From Candidatus Geohabitans tengchongensis (GTDB taxonomy: Bacteria; Sysuimicrobiota; Sysuimicrobiia; Sysuimicrobiales; Humicultoraceae): a DNA stretch of 64,000 bases. A program made the translations under genes and the position numbers. The stretch covers positions 145,940 through 209,939 of the forward strand of contig JAVKIH010000002.1 of assembly GCA_031459625.1 (NCBI GenBank), written 5' to 3'. The notes beneath the pieces are model-generated. The model saw only the letters and a list, made by a program, of their open reading frames with translations, was not told the DNA's origin and did no database searches. Below are positions 9,545 through 19,420 of the stretch, one piece after another (position 1 is the first letter of the stretch; the number at the start of each line of letters is the position of its first letter).

Positions 9545-10564
9545 CTACGGCCGCCCGGCCGCCATGACCGCCCGGATCCCTTGGACGATGCGCGCCTCGC
9601 CGGGGAGGACGGCGTCTTCGAGTTCCGGCGCATAGGGGACGGGCGCGTTGAGCCCGGCGACCCGGACGATGGGCGCGCGCAGGAGGTCGAAGCACTCCTC
9701 CGCCACCAGGGCGGCCACCTCCGCCCCAAAGCCGGCACGCCGGGGCGCCTCGTGGACGATGACCAGGCGTCCCGTGCGGGCCAGGGAGCGACGGAGGCCG
9801 GCGCGGTCGAAGGGTACCAGCGAGCGCGGGTCCCACACCTCGACGGAGATGCCCTCGGCCGCCACCGCCTCGGCGGCGGCCAGGGCGCGGGGGACCATGG
9901 CCAGGTAAGCCAGCACGGTGACGTCCGTTCCCTCCCGCACCACCCGCCCGCTGCCCAGGGACACGGTGTAGTCTGACGCCGGCACGGCGCCCCGGCTCGT
10001 GTAGAGCAGTTTGTGCTCGAAGAAGAGGACCGGGTCCGGGTCCCGGATGGCGGCCTTGAGCAGCCCTTTGGCGTCGTACGGGGTCGCGGCGGTGACCACC
10101 TTCAAGCCGGGCGTGTGGGTGAACCACGCCTCCAGGCTCTGCGAGTGCTGGGCGGCCGTCGCGCCGGCCGTTCCCGTGACCATGCGGATGACCAGGGGGA
10201 CGTTCACCTGCCCGCCCGTCATGTAGCGCAGCTTGGCCGCCTGGTTGACGATCTGGTCCATGGCCAGGGTGGCAAAGTCGCCGAACATGATCTCCACCAC
10301 GACGGGGATGCCGGCCAGCGCCGCCCCCAGGGCCGTGCCGACGATCGCCGCCTCGGAGATCGGCGTGTCGAGGACGCGGTGGGGACCAAAGCGCTGCCAC
10401 AACCCCTGGGTGACCCCGAAGACGCCGCCGGGCTCGCCGATGTCCTCGCCCAGGAGGAGGAGCGCCGGGTCGCGCGCCAGCTCCTCCTCCAGCGCCTCCC
10501 GGATGGCCGCGGCGTAGCTGAGCTGACGGTCGGCCGCCTGCGGCTCAGGCCGGCGGGGGGTCAT
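9545..10564 (-). CDS. 2-oxoacid (pyruvate/acetoin-type) dehydrogenase E1 component beta subunit
   Basis: 339 aa transketolase-like pyrimidine-binding + C-terminal domains (GEDIGEPGGVFGVT…); ATGA overlap with E1 alpha. Confidence 0.85.
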   Translation of the reverse strand: MTPRRPEPQAADRQLSYAAAIREALEEELARDPALLLLGEDIGEPGGVFGVTQGLWQRFGPHRVLDTPISEAAIVGTALGAALAGIPVVVEIMFGDFATLAMDQIVNQAAKLRYMTGGQVNVPLVIRMVTGTAGATAAQHSQSLEAWFTHTPGLKVVTAATPYDAKGLLKAAIRDPDPVLFFEHKLLYTSRGAVPASDYTVSLGSGRVVREGTDVTVLAYLAMVPRALAAAEAVAAEGISVEVWDPRSLVPFDRAGLRRSLARTGRLVIVHEAPRRAGFGAEVAALVAEECFDLLRAPIVRVAGLNAPVPYAPELEDAVLPGEARIVQGIRAVMAAGRP

Positions 10565-11583
10565 GCGAGTGCGCTCCCGTCGTGGGTCTCGACGTAGACG
10601 TCCTCCAGGGCTTCGTCGGCCGCGGGGCGCGGCGCCTGCAACGCGAAGCGGACGCCGGCCTCCAGCCGCGCCTCCACCGCGCGCTCGACCTCCTCCAGGT
10701 CGGCCGTGGTGAACCCCGCCTCGGCCAGCAAGCGCTCCCGGAAGGTGACCACGGGATCCCGGGCCTGCCAGGCGGCCACCTCGTCCGGCGGACGGTAGTG
10801 TCCCATGTCGCCTTCGTAGTGCCCGCGCAGGCGGTAGGTCTTGCACTCGACCAGCGTCGGCCCCCGCCCCTGGCGCGCGTCGGTCACGGCCTTGCCCACG
10901 ACACGGAAGACATCGAGGACGTCGTTGCCGTCGGCGACCACCCCCGGCATGGCGTAGGCCACCGCCCGCCCGGCGATGTCCCGGATCGGCTGGTGCCTGT
11001 GCTGGGGGGTGAACTCGCCGTAGAGGTTGTTCTCGCAGATGAAGACGACCGGCAACCGCCACAGGGCGGCCAGGTTCAACGACTCGTGAAACACCCCTTG
11101 GTTGGAGGCCCCGTCGCCGAAGAAAGCCACGGCCACGCCGGCTGTGGGGGCCCCGGTCCCGGCCAGACGGGCGCGCACCGTCAGGGCGAGCGCCAGGCCC
11201 ACCGCGATGGGGATGCCGCCGCCCACGATGCCGTTGGCGCCCATGATGCCCAAGGCCGCGCTGGCGATGTGCAGGGACCCGCCCTTCCCCCGGTTGTAGC
11301 CTTCGCGGCGGGCAAAGAGCTCCGCGTACATGCGTCCGGGATCGGCGCCGCGCGCCAGGATGTGGCCGTGCCCCCGGTGGGTGCTGGTGATGTAGTCCTG
11401 GGGCTCGAGGGCGGCGCAGGCGCCCACCGCCACCGCCTCCTGTCCGATGGAGGGGTGGAGGAAGCCAGGGATGTGGCCGGCCAGGCGCAGTTGGGCCGCC
11501 CGCTCCTCGAACCGGCGGATGAGCAGCATGTCCGCGTACAGCCGTCGGAGGAAGTCGGGGGTGTAAACCATGGAGGCGCGCAT
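10561..11583 (-). CDS. 2-oxoacid dehydrogenase E1 component alpha subunit (TPP-dependent)
   Basis: 340 aa; TPP motif FFGDGASNQG…ENNLYG, YRLRGH. Confidence 0.85.
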   Translation of the reverse strand: MRASMVYTPDFLRRLYADMLLIRRFEERAAQLRLAGHIPGFLHPSIGQEAVAVGACAALEPQDYITSTHRGHGHILARGADPGRMYAELFARREGYNRGKGGSLHIASAALGIMGANGIVGGGIPIAVGLALALTVRARLAGTGAPTAGVAVAFFGDGASNQGVFHESLNLAALWRLPVVFICENNLYGEFTPQHRHQPIRDIAGRAVAYAMPGVVADGNDVLDVFRVVGKAVTDARQGRGPTLVECKTYRLRGHYEGDMGHYRPPDEVAAWQARDPVVTFRERLLAEAGFTTADLEEVERAVEARLEAGVRFALQAPRPAADEALEDVYVETHDGSALA

Positions 11584-11586
11584 GGC

Positions 11587-12420
11587 TCACCCGCCCTCCC
11601 GGCGGGGAAACCGGTCGGCAAAGATCGCGTGGATGGCCCGCACAGCCTCCCCGGACGTGCCCCGCGGTTTCACCTCGAACACCAGGGTCCCGTCGAAGCC
11701 CAGCTGGTGGAGATGCCGGTTGAGGTTCACAAAGTTGATCTCCCCGGTCCCCGGCTCGTGACGTCCGGGGACGTCGGCCACGTGCACGGCGGCCACCCGG
11801 TGGTGACACCGCTCCAGCGTCGCCATGAGGTTGCCTCCCGCCTGCTGCTGGTGGAAGTAGTCGTAGGTCATCGCCAGGGAGGGGTGGTCGACGGCCTCCA
11901 CGAGGCGCAGGCATTTCTCCGCCGTGTCCAGGAAGTACCCGGGGACCGAGACGGGGTTGATGGCCTCCAGCAACAGCACGACCCCGTGGGCCTGGGCCAG
12001 CGCGGCGGCCTGCCTCAACCCCTCCACCGCGTTCTCGAAGGCCTCCGCCTCGGCGAGCGGCCGGGTCGGGGGCACCACCGTCCCGTCCTGGCGGATCTCC
12101 TGGACGAAGGCGTGGACGGCCGGACACCCGACACGCCGGGCGCAGGCCAGGGACTCGGCCAGGCCGTCCAGGTTCGGGGCGTGCTGGGTGCGGTCAATGA
12201 GGGAGTAGCGGCGGTTGCCGAAGAAACCGGTAATGACCACGCCGGCGTGCGCCGCGGCGTCCGCCAGCCGGTCCATCTCCTTGGTGCGCCAGTCCCAGAA
12301 CTCCACGCCCTGGAACCCCGCCTGGGCCGCCGCCGCCACCCGGTCCACCAGCGGGAGCTCCGCGAACAGGAACTCGATGGACGCCGACGTGCCGACCACG
12401 GACCCGGGCGGGCGGCTCAT
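11587..12420 (-). CDS. Sugar phosphate isomerase/epimerase (xylose-isomerase-like TIM barrel; hydroxypyruvate isomerase-like)
   Basis: 277 aa from MSRPPGS…; TIM-barrel isomerase family sequence; ATGA overlap with upstream permease. Confidence 0.7.
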   Translation of the reverse strand: MSRPPGSVVGTSASIEFLFAELPLVDRVAAAAQAGFQGVEFWDWRTKEMDRLADAAAHAGVVITGFFGNRRYSLIDRTQHAPNLDGLAESLACARRVGCPAVHAFVQEIRQDGTVVPPTRPLAEAEAFENAVEGLRQAAALAQAHGVVLLLEAINPVSVPGYFLDTAEKCLRLVEAVDHPSLAMTYDYFHQQQAGGNLMATLERCHHRVAAVHVADVPGRHEPGTGEINFVNLNRHLHQLGFDGTLVFEVKPRGTSGEAVRAIHAIFADRFPRREGG

Positions 12421-13229
12421 CCCTTCAGCCCCGACATGGTGTACGTGCCGACGATCTCGCGCTGGGCCGCCAGGAACAGGGCCATGGCTGGCACCGTGGC
12501 CATGGTGGCCGCCGCCATCAGAGGGCCGAAGAGGGTGCCCCCCTCGGCGCTGACGAACCGGGCCAGCCCCAGGGGCAGGGTGGTGGCCCGGTCGCGGGCG
12601 ACCAGCAGCGGCCAGAAGTACTCGTTCCAGTTCTGGATGAAGAAGAGGATGGCCAGCGCCCCCAGCGCCCCGCGGTTGACCGGCACCACTACCCGCCAGA
12701 GGATCTGCCAGCGGGAAGCCCCCTCCAGCGCCGCCGCCTCCTCCAGGGAGGCGGGGAAGGCCAGGAAGTGCTGGCGCAGGAGGAAGATGCCAAAGGCGCT
12801 GGCCAGGTGGGGCACCGCCAGCCCCGGGATGGTGTCGATCCAGCCCAGGCGGGAAACCAGCAGGAAGTTGGGGATCATCGTGATCTGAAACGGCACCAGC
12901 ATGGTGCCCACGGTCAGCAGGAAGATCGCCTCCCGCCCGGGCGGGCGGAGGCGGGCGAAGGCGTAGGCCGCCAGGATGCTGGAGAGCAGCTGCCCCGCCA
13001 CCACCACGGCCGCCACCGCTAGGCTGTTGACGACGTAGCGCAGCATGGGCACCCGGGTCCAGACGTAGCGGAAGTTCTCCAGGGTGGGGGCGGTCGGCCA
13101 CAGGCTCAACGAACCGAAGACCTCCCGCTCGGTCTTGAACGCCGTGGTCACCATCCACAGGAGGGGAAACACCTGCAGCGCCGCCGCGGCCAGCACCACG
13201 GTGAAGGCCAGGGGGCGGTTAACCCTCAT
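12417..13229 (-). CDS. Carbohydrate ABC transporter permease (MalG-like, CUT1)
   Basis: 270 aa, 6 TM, EAA-loop region (EEAAALEGASRWQILWRVVVP). Confidence 0.85.
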   Translation of the reverse strand: MRVNRPLAFTVVLAAAALQVFPLLWMVTTAFKTEREVFGSLSLWPTAPTLENFRYVWTRVPMLRYVVNSLAVAAVVVAGQLLSSILAAYAFARLRPPGREAIFLLTVGTMLVPFQITMIPNFLLVSRLGWIDTIPGLAVPHLASAFGIFLLRQHFLAFPASLEEAAALEGASRWQILWRVVVPVNRGALGALAILFFIQNWNEYFWPLLVARDRATTLPLGLARFVSAEGGTLFGPLMAAATMATVPAMALFLAAQREIVGTYTMSGLKG

Positions 13230-14151
13230 AGTGGACGAACCGCTCCAGCAGCCGGAACTGCGCCCACGTCGCCCCCAGGAAGGCGACGAACATCACCACC
13301 GCCACCGCCGAGGCCAGTCCGGTCTGGAAGAACTGGAACCCGTAGTCGTAGATCAGGTAGACCAGGTTGGTCGTGCTACGATTGGGGCCGCCGGCGGTGA
13401 GGATCTGGATGGGCGTGAAGGTGTGCTGGGCCGTGGCGATGAGCGTGCTGAGACCGACGAACAGCGTCGTCGGCGAGAGGAGGGGCCAGACCACGTGGCG
13501 GAAGGTCTGCCAGGCCGAGGCGCCGTCCGCAGCCGCGGCGTCCAGGTACTCGGCGGGGATCGCGGCCAGCCCGGCCAGGTAGATCACCAAGTTGTACCCG
13601 AAGCTCTTCCAGGCCATGAGCACCACGATGGCCCAGAGGGCCCAGTCCGGGTCGCTGAGCCAGGAGCGCCCGGGCAACCCCGCCAGCGCCAGGGCCCGGT
13701 TGGCCACCCCGTGGATGGGATTGAGGATCCACAGCCAGACCATGCTGCCCACCGCGAAGGAGACCACGGACGGCGAGAACAGGGCCAGCTTGAGGACCGG
13801 CTGCAGCCGGCGGGAGAGCGCCAGCAGGCACACCGCCACGGCCAGGGGGACGCCGGCGGCCAGAGGGAGCACGGCACCGAAGTACTTGAGGGTGGTCCAG
13901 ACGGCGCCCCAGAACTCCGCGGAGCGCGCCAGGTCCCGGTAGTTCTCCAGCCCCAGGTAGGTGCGTGTGGGCGCGATGAGGTTCCAGCGGAAGAGGCTGA
14001 GCTCAACGGTCCGGAGGACCGGCCAGTAGGTGAACACCAGCAGCACCACCAGCGCCGGAATTGCGTACAGGTAGCCCAGGGGGCCCCTCCCCGTGGCCTC
14101 CCAGCTGCGGGGTCGGCGCAGAGCCCACCCGGCGGCCTGGGCGCGCGTCAC
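13219..14151 (-). CDS. Carbohydrate ABC transporter permease (MalF-like, CUT1)
   Basis: ~310 aa from GTG; EAA motif AAADGASAWQTFRHVVWPLL; GTGA overlap with upstream isomerase. Confidence 0.8.
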   Translation of the reverse strand: MTRAQAAGWALRRPRSWEATGRGPLGYLYAIPALVVLLVFTYWPVLRTVELSLFRWNLIAPTRTYLGLENYRDLARSAEFWGAVWTTLKYFGAVLPLAAGVPLAVAVCLLALSRRLQPVLKLALFSPSVVSFAVGSMVWLWILNPIHGVANRALALAGLPGRSWLSDPDWALWAIVVLMAWKSFGYNLVIYLAGLAAIPAEYLDAAAADGASAWQTFRHVVWPLLSPTTLFVGLSTLIATAQHTFTPIQILTAGGPNRSTTNLVYLIYDYGFQFFQTGLASAVAVVMFVAFLGATWAQFRLLERFVHYEG

Positions 14152-14948
14152 CGGGCCAGCCACCGGGCCAGCAGTGCCGCGCCCTCCCGCAGCCGGTCCA
14201 GGGCCGTGCCGGGCGCGTACTCGAGGACGCACTGACAGCGCGCCGGCAGCGCGTGCAGCACCGGGTGGAGCGCGGCCCACCCGATGGTCCCGTCGCCGAT
14301 GGGCAGGTGCCGGTCGGCGACGCCGTCGTTGTCGTGCAGGTGCACGGCCACGAGGCGGGACGCAAGGGTGCGGAAGGCCTCGGGGAGGTCCCACCCCGCC
14401 AGGTAGGCGTGGCCCACGTCCAGGAGGACCCCCGCCGTGTCAGGCAGCCGGGCAGCCAGGGCTGTGAACTCCTCCTGGTCGCAGACCTCCTGCCCGTGCC
14501 AGCCCACGTTCTCCACCGCCAGCACCACGCCGGCCTCGCGGGCCAGCGGGGCCAGGATCCCGATGGCCTCCTCCGCCCGTCGCAGGCAGGCAGGCCGCGG
14601 CAGGCTGGGGTCGCCCCGCCAGCCGACGTGCACCACGACGTAGGCGGCCTCCAGCCGGTGCGCCCACTCCAGGGCCTGGCGGTAGACGCCCAGCGCGGCC
14701 TCGCGGACGGGCGCGGTGTAGCTGGCGATGTTCACGTCCCAGGCGGGCGGGTGGAGGGAGACGGGGCCGGCGAAGGCGGACCGCGCCCGCCGCACCTCCT
14801 CGAAGGCGTCGGCAGCCCACCACTGGGGGCCTTCCATGAAGATCTCGAGCGCCGGGATGCCGGTCCGTGCCAGCGCCTGCAGCCCCGCCCCGATCGGCTC
14901 GGTGAGGACGGCAAACTGCGACACGGCCAGGCCGGGCCCGCTGGGCAT
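14148..14948 (-). CDS. Sugar phosphate isomerase/epimerase (xylose-isomerase-like TIM barrel), second paralog
   Basis: 266 aa; VLAVENVGWHG…VHLHDNDG metal-binding pattern. Confidence 0.75.
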   Translation of the reverse strand: MPSGPGLAVSQFAVLTEPIGAGLQALARTGIPALEIFMEGPQWWAADAFEEVRRARSAFAGPVSLHPPAWDVNIASYTAPVREAALGVYRQALEWAHRLEAAYVVVHVGWRGDPSLPRPACLRRAEEAIGILAPLAREAGVVLAVENVGWHGQEVCDQEEFTALAARLPDTAGVLLDVGHAYLAGWDLPEAFRTLASRLVAVHLHDNDGVADRHLPIGDGTIGWAALHPVLHALPARCQCVLEYAPGTALDRLREGAALLARWLAR

Positions 14949-14952
14949 GGGC

Positions 14953-16224
14953 TCAGCGCCCGACCAGGTCGGTGATGCGCGCCTGCGCCTCGTCCAGGGC
15001 CTGGGCGACGGGCGTGCGGCCGCTCAGGATGGCCGTCACCGCGTCGAGGATGGCGCGCTCGGCCTGGGGCCCCTGGCTGCCGGGGAAGTTGGTCCACCGC
15101 ACCACGGCGTCCAGCGTCTCCAGAGCCGGCCGGGCCAGCGGGTTGAGGGGGCGCACCTTCTGCGCCTCCACCATGCGCCGCAGCGGGGAGAGGTACCCCA
15201 GCCCGGTGGTCCACCGGCTCAACCCGTCCGCGGAGACCAGGTAGCGGATCAGCTTCCACGCGGCCTCCTGCTGCCGCGGGTCGAGGGCGAAGACGAAGAG
15301 GTTGTTGCCGCCGGCGACGACGCGGCGCGGGCGCGTCCCGAAGGTGGGGAAGGCCGCCGTCCGGAGCGTGAAGCGCGCGCTGCGCTGGAAGTTCTCCAGG
15401 TTGGCGATGGAGGCCACGTGCATGGCGATCTCTCCGCGCAGGAAGCTCGCCTGCGCTTCGTCGGAGGTGGCCAGCGGCGTGACCCGGTGGACGTTGACCA
15501 GGTCGCTGTAGAACTGGAGCGCCTCGCGGTTGGCCGGGGCGTTCACCGTCACCCGGCGGTTGTCGAGGCTCATGAACGCGCCCCCGGCGGACTCCACCAG
15601 CGACTGGATGACGAACGTGTCCCGGTTCCACAGGAAGACCCCGAACTTGCCCGTCCTGGCCCGAATGGCCAGAGCCGCCTGGAGCACCTCTTCCCACGTC
15701 GCCGGGGGGCGGTCAGGGTCCAGGCCGGCGGCCCGGAAGAGGTCCGCGTTGTAGAACATGACGGGGACGCTCAGGCTGTAGGGGATGCCGTGCTGCCGCC
15801 CGTGCTTCTGCCCGAAGGCCACCACCCGGGGCGCGAACCCGGCCAGCAGCTCCTTCCAGCCCGGGAACTCCTGGGCGGGCTTGTGTGGAAAGGTGTCGAT
15901 GACGAACTCCGTGAAGTTGTAGCCGATCACGGCCACGGCCGGAGGGGTCCGGGCGGCGATGGCAGCCTGGAGGCTCTGCAGCAGGCCGATGTAGCCGCCC
16001 GGCTGCAGGCGCTCGACGACGCGCACGCTGCCCTGGGACTCGTTGAACCGGCTCACGACGCTGCGCAGGACCGGGCCGCCGAAGGTCTCGGAGAAGATGT
16101 GCCAGTACTCGATGGTGATGCCGCCTGCCGGCGCCCCCCCGGTCGGTCGCACCCCCCAGACCCCCGGGAGCAACAGCGCCAGCGCCATGGCCAGCACCAC
16201 CCCGATGCCGCGTGTCGACCTCAT
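14953..16224 (-). CDS. ABC transporter extracellular sugar-binding protein (CUT1 family SBP)
   Basis: ~423 aa from MRSTRGIGVVLAMALALLL (signal peptide); family-1 SBP; ORF-track 5' extension spurious. Confidence 0.8.
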   Translation of the reverse strand: MRSTRGIGVVLAMALALLLPGVWGVRPTGGAPAGGITIEYWHIFSETFGGPVLRSVVSRFNESQGSVRVVERLQPGGYIGLLQSLQAAIAARTPPAVAVIGYNFTEFVIDTFPHKPAQEFPGWKELLAGFAPRVVAFGQKHGRQHGIPYSLSVPVMFYNADLFRAAGLDPDRPPATWEEVLQAALAIRARTGKFGVFLWNRDTFVIQSLVESAGGAFMSLDNRRVTVNAPANREALQFYSDLVNVHRVTPLATSDEAQASFLRGEIAMHVASIANLENFQRSARFTLRTAAFPTFGTRPRRVVAGGNNLFVFALDPRQQEAAWKLIRYLVSADGLSRWTTGLGYLSPLRRMVEAQKVRPLNPLARPALETLDAVVRWTNFPGSQGPQAERAILDAVTAILSGRTPVAQALDEAQARITDLVGR

Positions 16225-16244
16225 GATCCCTTCCCCCCTCCCCC

Positions 16245-17078
16245 TCAGGTCATCACCAACCCGCCGTCCACGTGGATGGCGTGGCCGGTGATGTAGGCCC
16301 CGTCCGGTCCGCACAGGAAGGCCACCACGCCGGCCACGTCCTCGGGCGTCCCCAGGCGCCCCAGCGGGATCTGTCCCGGCCGCTCCCGCAGGAACGTCCC
16401 TGGCGCCCGCCCGTCGCGCGCCGTGACCGCGGCGTCCACCTCTTCCAACATGCGGGTGTGAATGTTGCCCGGGCAGACGGCGTTCACCGTGATGCGATGC
16501 GGCGCCAGCTCGACCGCCAACGCCCGGGTCAGGCCCAGGAGCCCGGTCTTGGACGCCACGTAGGCCACGTCTTGGCCGAAGGCCGTCTTGCTGGAGATGG
16601 AGGCCATGTTGACGATGGTGCCCTGCCCGCGGGCGAGCATATCCGGGACCACCGCGCGTGCGCACAGCAGCGGACCCGTGAGGTTGACCGCCAGGCTCTG
16701 GTGCCAGTCCTCCAGGGGGAAGCCCAGCAGGGGCGTGCGGCGGTAGACTCCGGCGTTATTGACCAGGATGTCGATGGGCCCCAGCGCCTCCCGGGCGTCG
16801 CGGCAGGCCCGGGCGATGCTCGCCTCGTCGCGCACATCGAGCCGGGTCGCGATGGCCCGCCCGCCGGCGCGGGTGATCTCCGCGGCCACGCCCGCGGCGC
16901 TGTCTTCCTCGATATCCGCCACGACCACGGCCCCCCCGTCCCGCGCCAGCCGCAGCGCGATCCCCCGGCCGATCCCCCGACCGGCTCCCGTCACCAGGGC
17001 GACCCGCCCCGCCAGCGTCACCGACGCCCTCCGACCGGGCGCCGGCGGCCGGCCCCCCGACCGCTCCCTGTCCGCCAC
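16245..17078 (-). CDS. SDR family NAD(P)-dependent oxidoreductase (start may be internal GTG ~17020)
   Basis: GRVALVTGAGRGIG, NNAG, YxxxK (YVASKTG) motifs. Confidence 0.8.
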   Translation of the reverse strand: MADRERSGGRPPAPGRRASVTLAGRVALVTGAGRGIGRGIALRLARDGGAVVVADIEEDSAAGVAAEITRAGGRAIATRLDVRDEASIARACRDAREALGPIDILVNNAGVYRRTPLLGFPLEDWHQSLAVNLTGPLLCARAVVPDMLARGQGTIVNMASISSKTAFGQDVAYVASKTGLLGLTRALAVELAPHRITVNAVCPGNIHTRMLEEVDAAVTARDGRAPGTFLRERPGQIPLGRLGTPEDVAGVVAFLCGPDGAYITGHAIHVDGGLVMT

Positions 17079-17878
17079 CGGTCCGCCGTCAGGTGGCGCC
17101 GCCCACCCGTCCGGCCGGCCGGGTGACCCAGCTCCTCAGAGAGGCGCGCCGCCGTTTCCACCACCACCCGGGCCAGCGGCGGGATCCGCCCGGACGGGAT
17201 GTCGGCCGCGATCCCCGAGATCCCGATGGAGGCCACGACCTCGCCACCCCTGCCCCGGACCGGCGCGGCGATGCAGCGGATGTTGCGGTGGAACTCCTCG
17301 TCGTCCACGGCGTAGCCCTGGCGGCGAACGACCGCCAGGTGCCGCTCCAGCGACGGCAGCGTCACGCGGGTCTTGGGTGTGAACTTGGTCAGTCGGGCGT
17401 CGGCCAGCACGGCGCGCAGCCTGTCCGGCGGCAGACCCGCCAGCAGGGCCTTGCCCACGGCGGTGCAGTGCGCGGGGGCGACGTGACCGATGCCGATGTC
17501 CACCTGGACGCGGGAGGGCCCCTTCTCCTGGCCGACGTAGACGGTCCACAGCGGGTTCTCTGGCGCCAGCACCGCCAGGTGGGCGCTCTGCCCGGTCCGC
17601 GTCACCAACGCGGCCAGGTACGGCCGCGCGCGCTGGGGGAGGTCCATGCGGGAGAGCACCCGCGCCGACAGGGTCAGCAGGCCGGCGTCCAGGTCGTACC
17701 GGCGAGTCTGCGGGTCCTGGCGCACGTAGCCCCGCCGGCTCCAGGCCGCCAGGATACGGAAGACCGTGGCCTTGTCCAGGCGCAGGACGCGGGTCAGCTC
17801 GGACACCCCCAGCGGCCCCTCGCTGGCCACCAGCGCCTCGATGACCGCCAGCGCCCGCTCCAACGTCCGCGTGCGCAC
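17018..17878 (-). CDS. IclR family transcriptional regulator
   Basis: N-terminal HTH (ALAVIEALVASEGPLGVSELTRVLRLDKATVFRIL) + IclR effector domain. Confidence 0.8.
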   Translation of the reverse strand: MRTRTLERALAVIEALVASEGPLGVSELTRVLRLDKATVFRILAAWSRRGYVRQDPQTRRYDLDAGLLTLSARVLSRMDLPQRARPYLAALVTRTGQSAHLAVLAPENPLWTVYVGQEKGPSRVQVDIGIGHVAPAHCTAVGKALLAGLPPDRLRAVLADARLTKFTPKTRVTLPSLERHLAVVRRQGYAVDDEEFHRNIRCIAAPVRGRGGEVVASIGISGIAADIPSGRIPPLARVVVETAARLSEELGHPAGRTGGRRHLTADRWRTGSGRGAGRRRPVGGRR

Positions 17879-17965
17879 CCCTCCTGGGTGGTCTGTTTTA
17901 TTGAGCGCAACTCTGTTTCACTTCTTCCCGAACAAATACCTCTTCGACACCCGGGCGGGTCCCTT
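17879..17965 (-). promoter_or_regulatory. AT-richer island upstream of iclR with direct repeats (AAACAGA x2 on the minus strand); putative promoter/operator
   Basis: 160-nt gap, only local drop in G+C in this stretch; repeats read directly. Confidence 0.3.
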
Positions 17966-18039
17966 CCTCCTCCCGCGCCCCTACCCCCGCACGCCGGGAC
18001 GGCGCGGCGGCTCCGACCTCTTCCGCCGTGGGCCGCGGC

Positions 18040-19389
18040 TCAGTACGACCGCAGGACCCGACCCGCCGGCGGTCCGATGACCTCCCCGTCGCGGAAGACC
18101 ACGCGCCCCCCCTTGATGGTCGTCGTCGGCCAGCCGCGCAGGCGCATGCCATTGGCCGCGGTTTTGAACCGCGAGACCGTGGTCTGCGGGCTCACCACCC
18201 GCTCCCGGTCCATGTCGACCAGCACCAGGTCGGCGTCCTTGCCGACGGCGATGGCCCCCTTGCGGTCGTCGATGTGGTAGAGGCGGGCGGGGGTGAGACA
18301 GGCCACCCGGACCAGGTCCTGCAGGGTGATCCGCCCCCGGTGCACGCCCTCCGAGAGGAGCAGGGGCAAGGCCACCTCGATCCCCGGCATGCCGGCGGTG
18401 GCCTGCCAGAGGTCGTCGGTCTCGTGCTTCTCACACGAGATGTGGTCGGTACCGACGGTGGCGATGGCCCCGGAGCGCACCCCCGCCCACAGCCGCTCGC
18501 CGTTGGTGCGGTCGCGCAACGGCGGGTTCATCTTGCCGATGGCGCCGATCCGCGGTCCCGCCTCTTCCGGAAAGACCGTGAGGAACTGCACCAGCGTCTC
18601 CAGGATCAAGGGGCGCTGGGTCCACCGCTGCGCCGCCTCGATGCCCTCGGCGGCCGCCAGGTGCAGGACGACCGCGCGGCAGCCGGTGAGCTCGCTGAGG
18701 TAGGCCATCGTGTGGATGTCCGCCACCTCGCAGAAGGCCGGTCGGGCGTCGGTCCACGCCTGCAGGTCCCGCCGGCCCGTGCGCTGGACGGCCGGCAGCG
18801 TGTAGCGGATGATCTCGACGTCTTCGCAGTGGAGGGCGCAGAGGGCGTCGATCTGCGCGCACTGCCGCATGGTCAGGTAGGCGTCACCGTCGTCCAGGGG
18901 TTCGATGTCCAGCTCCGCCACGGCCCGGACACGGTAGTCCAGGTGCAGCTTGTAACAGAGGACCCCGAACCGCTCCCGGTACTGGGGAATCTCGTCGATG
19001 TGGCGGCGGTTCTGGATCTGAAGGTGGAAGACGACGTCGCAGTGAGAGCGCGCGGCCACCACCTGCTCCCAGGCCGGATAGACTTCCAGGTACGACGCCT
19101 TGGCGCGGGCGTGGGGCATCATCACCGTCGTGCCGCCCGCCACGGCCGCGGCGCTGGTCTGCTCCACGTCCACCTCGAAGGGGTAGTGGACCCCGAGGTG
19201 GATGTGGGGCTCCACCCGGCCCGGCAGCAGCACCTGCCCGCGCCCCTCCAGGACCTCCTCAGCTGCAGGGCCGTCCCCCTCGTCGCCCATGGCCACGATG
19301 CGCCCTCCCCGCACGGCCACCCAGCCCCGGAAGGTCAGGTCGGGGGTCACCACGTGGCAGTCGCGGACCACCAGATCGACTCGCGCCAT
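18040..19389 (-). CDS. Cyclic amidohydrolase (dihydropyrimidinase/hydantoinase/allantoinase-like, amidohydrolase superfamily)
   Basis: 449 aa; N-terminal MARVDLVVRDCHVVTPD…, HIHLG metal-binding motif, D-hydantoinase-like length. Confidence 0.75.
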   Translation of the reverse strand: MARVDLVVRDCHVVTPDLTFRGWVAVRGGRIVAMGDEGDGPAAEEVLEGRGQVLLPGRVEPHIHLGVHYPFEVDVEQTSAAAVAGGTTVMMPHARAKASYLEVYPAWEQVVAARSHCDVVFHLQIQNRRHIDEIPQYRERFGVLCYKLHLDYRVRAVAELDIEPLDDGDAYLTMRQCAQIDALCALHCEDVEIIRYTLPAVQRTGRRDLQAWTDARPAFCEVADIHTMAYLSELTGCRAVVLHLAAAEGIEAAQRWTQRPLILETLVQFLTVFPEEAGPRIGAIGKMNPPLRDRTNGERLWAGVRSGAIATVGTDHISCEKHETDDLWQATAGMPGIEVALPLLLSEGVHRGRITLQDLVRVACLTPARLYHIDDRKGAIAVGKDADLVLVDMDRERVVSPQTTVSRFKTAANGMRLRGWPTTTIKGGRVVFRDGEVIGPPAGRVLRSY

Positions 19390-19420
19390 CGCTGCCTCCT
19401 CCCGGACCCGTCCCCCCGCC

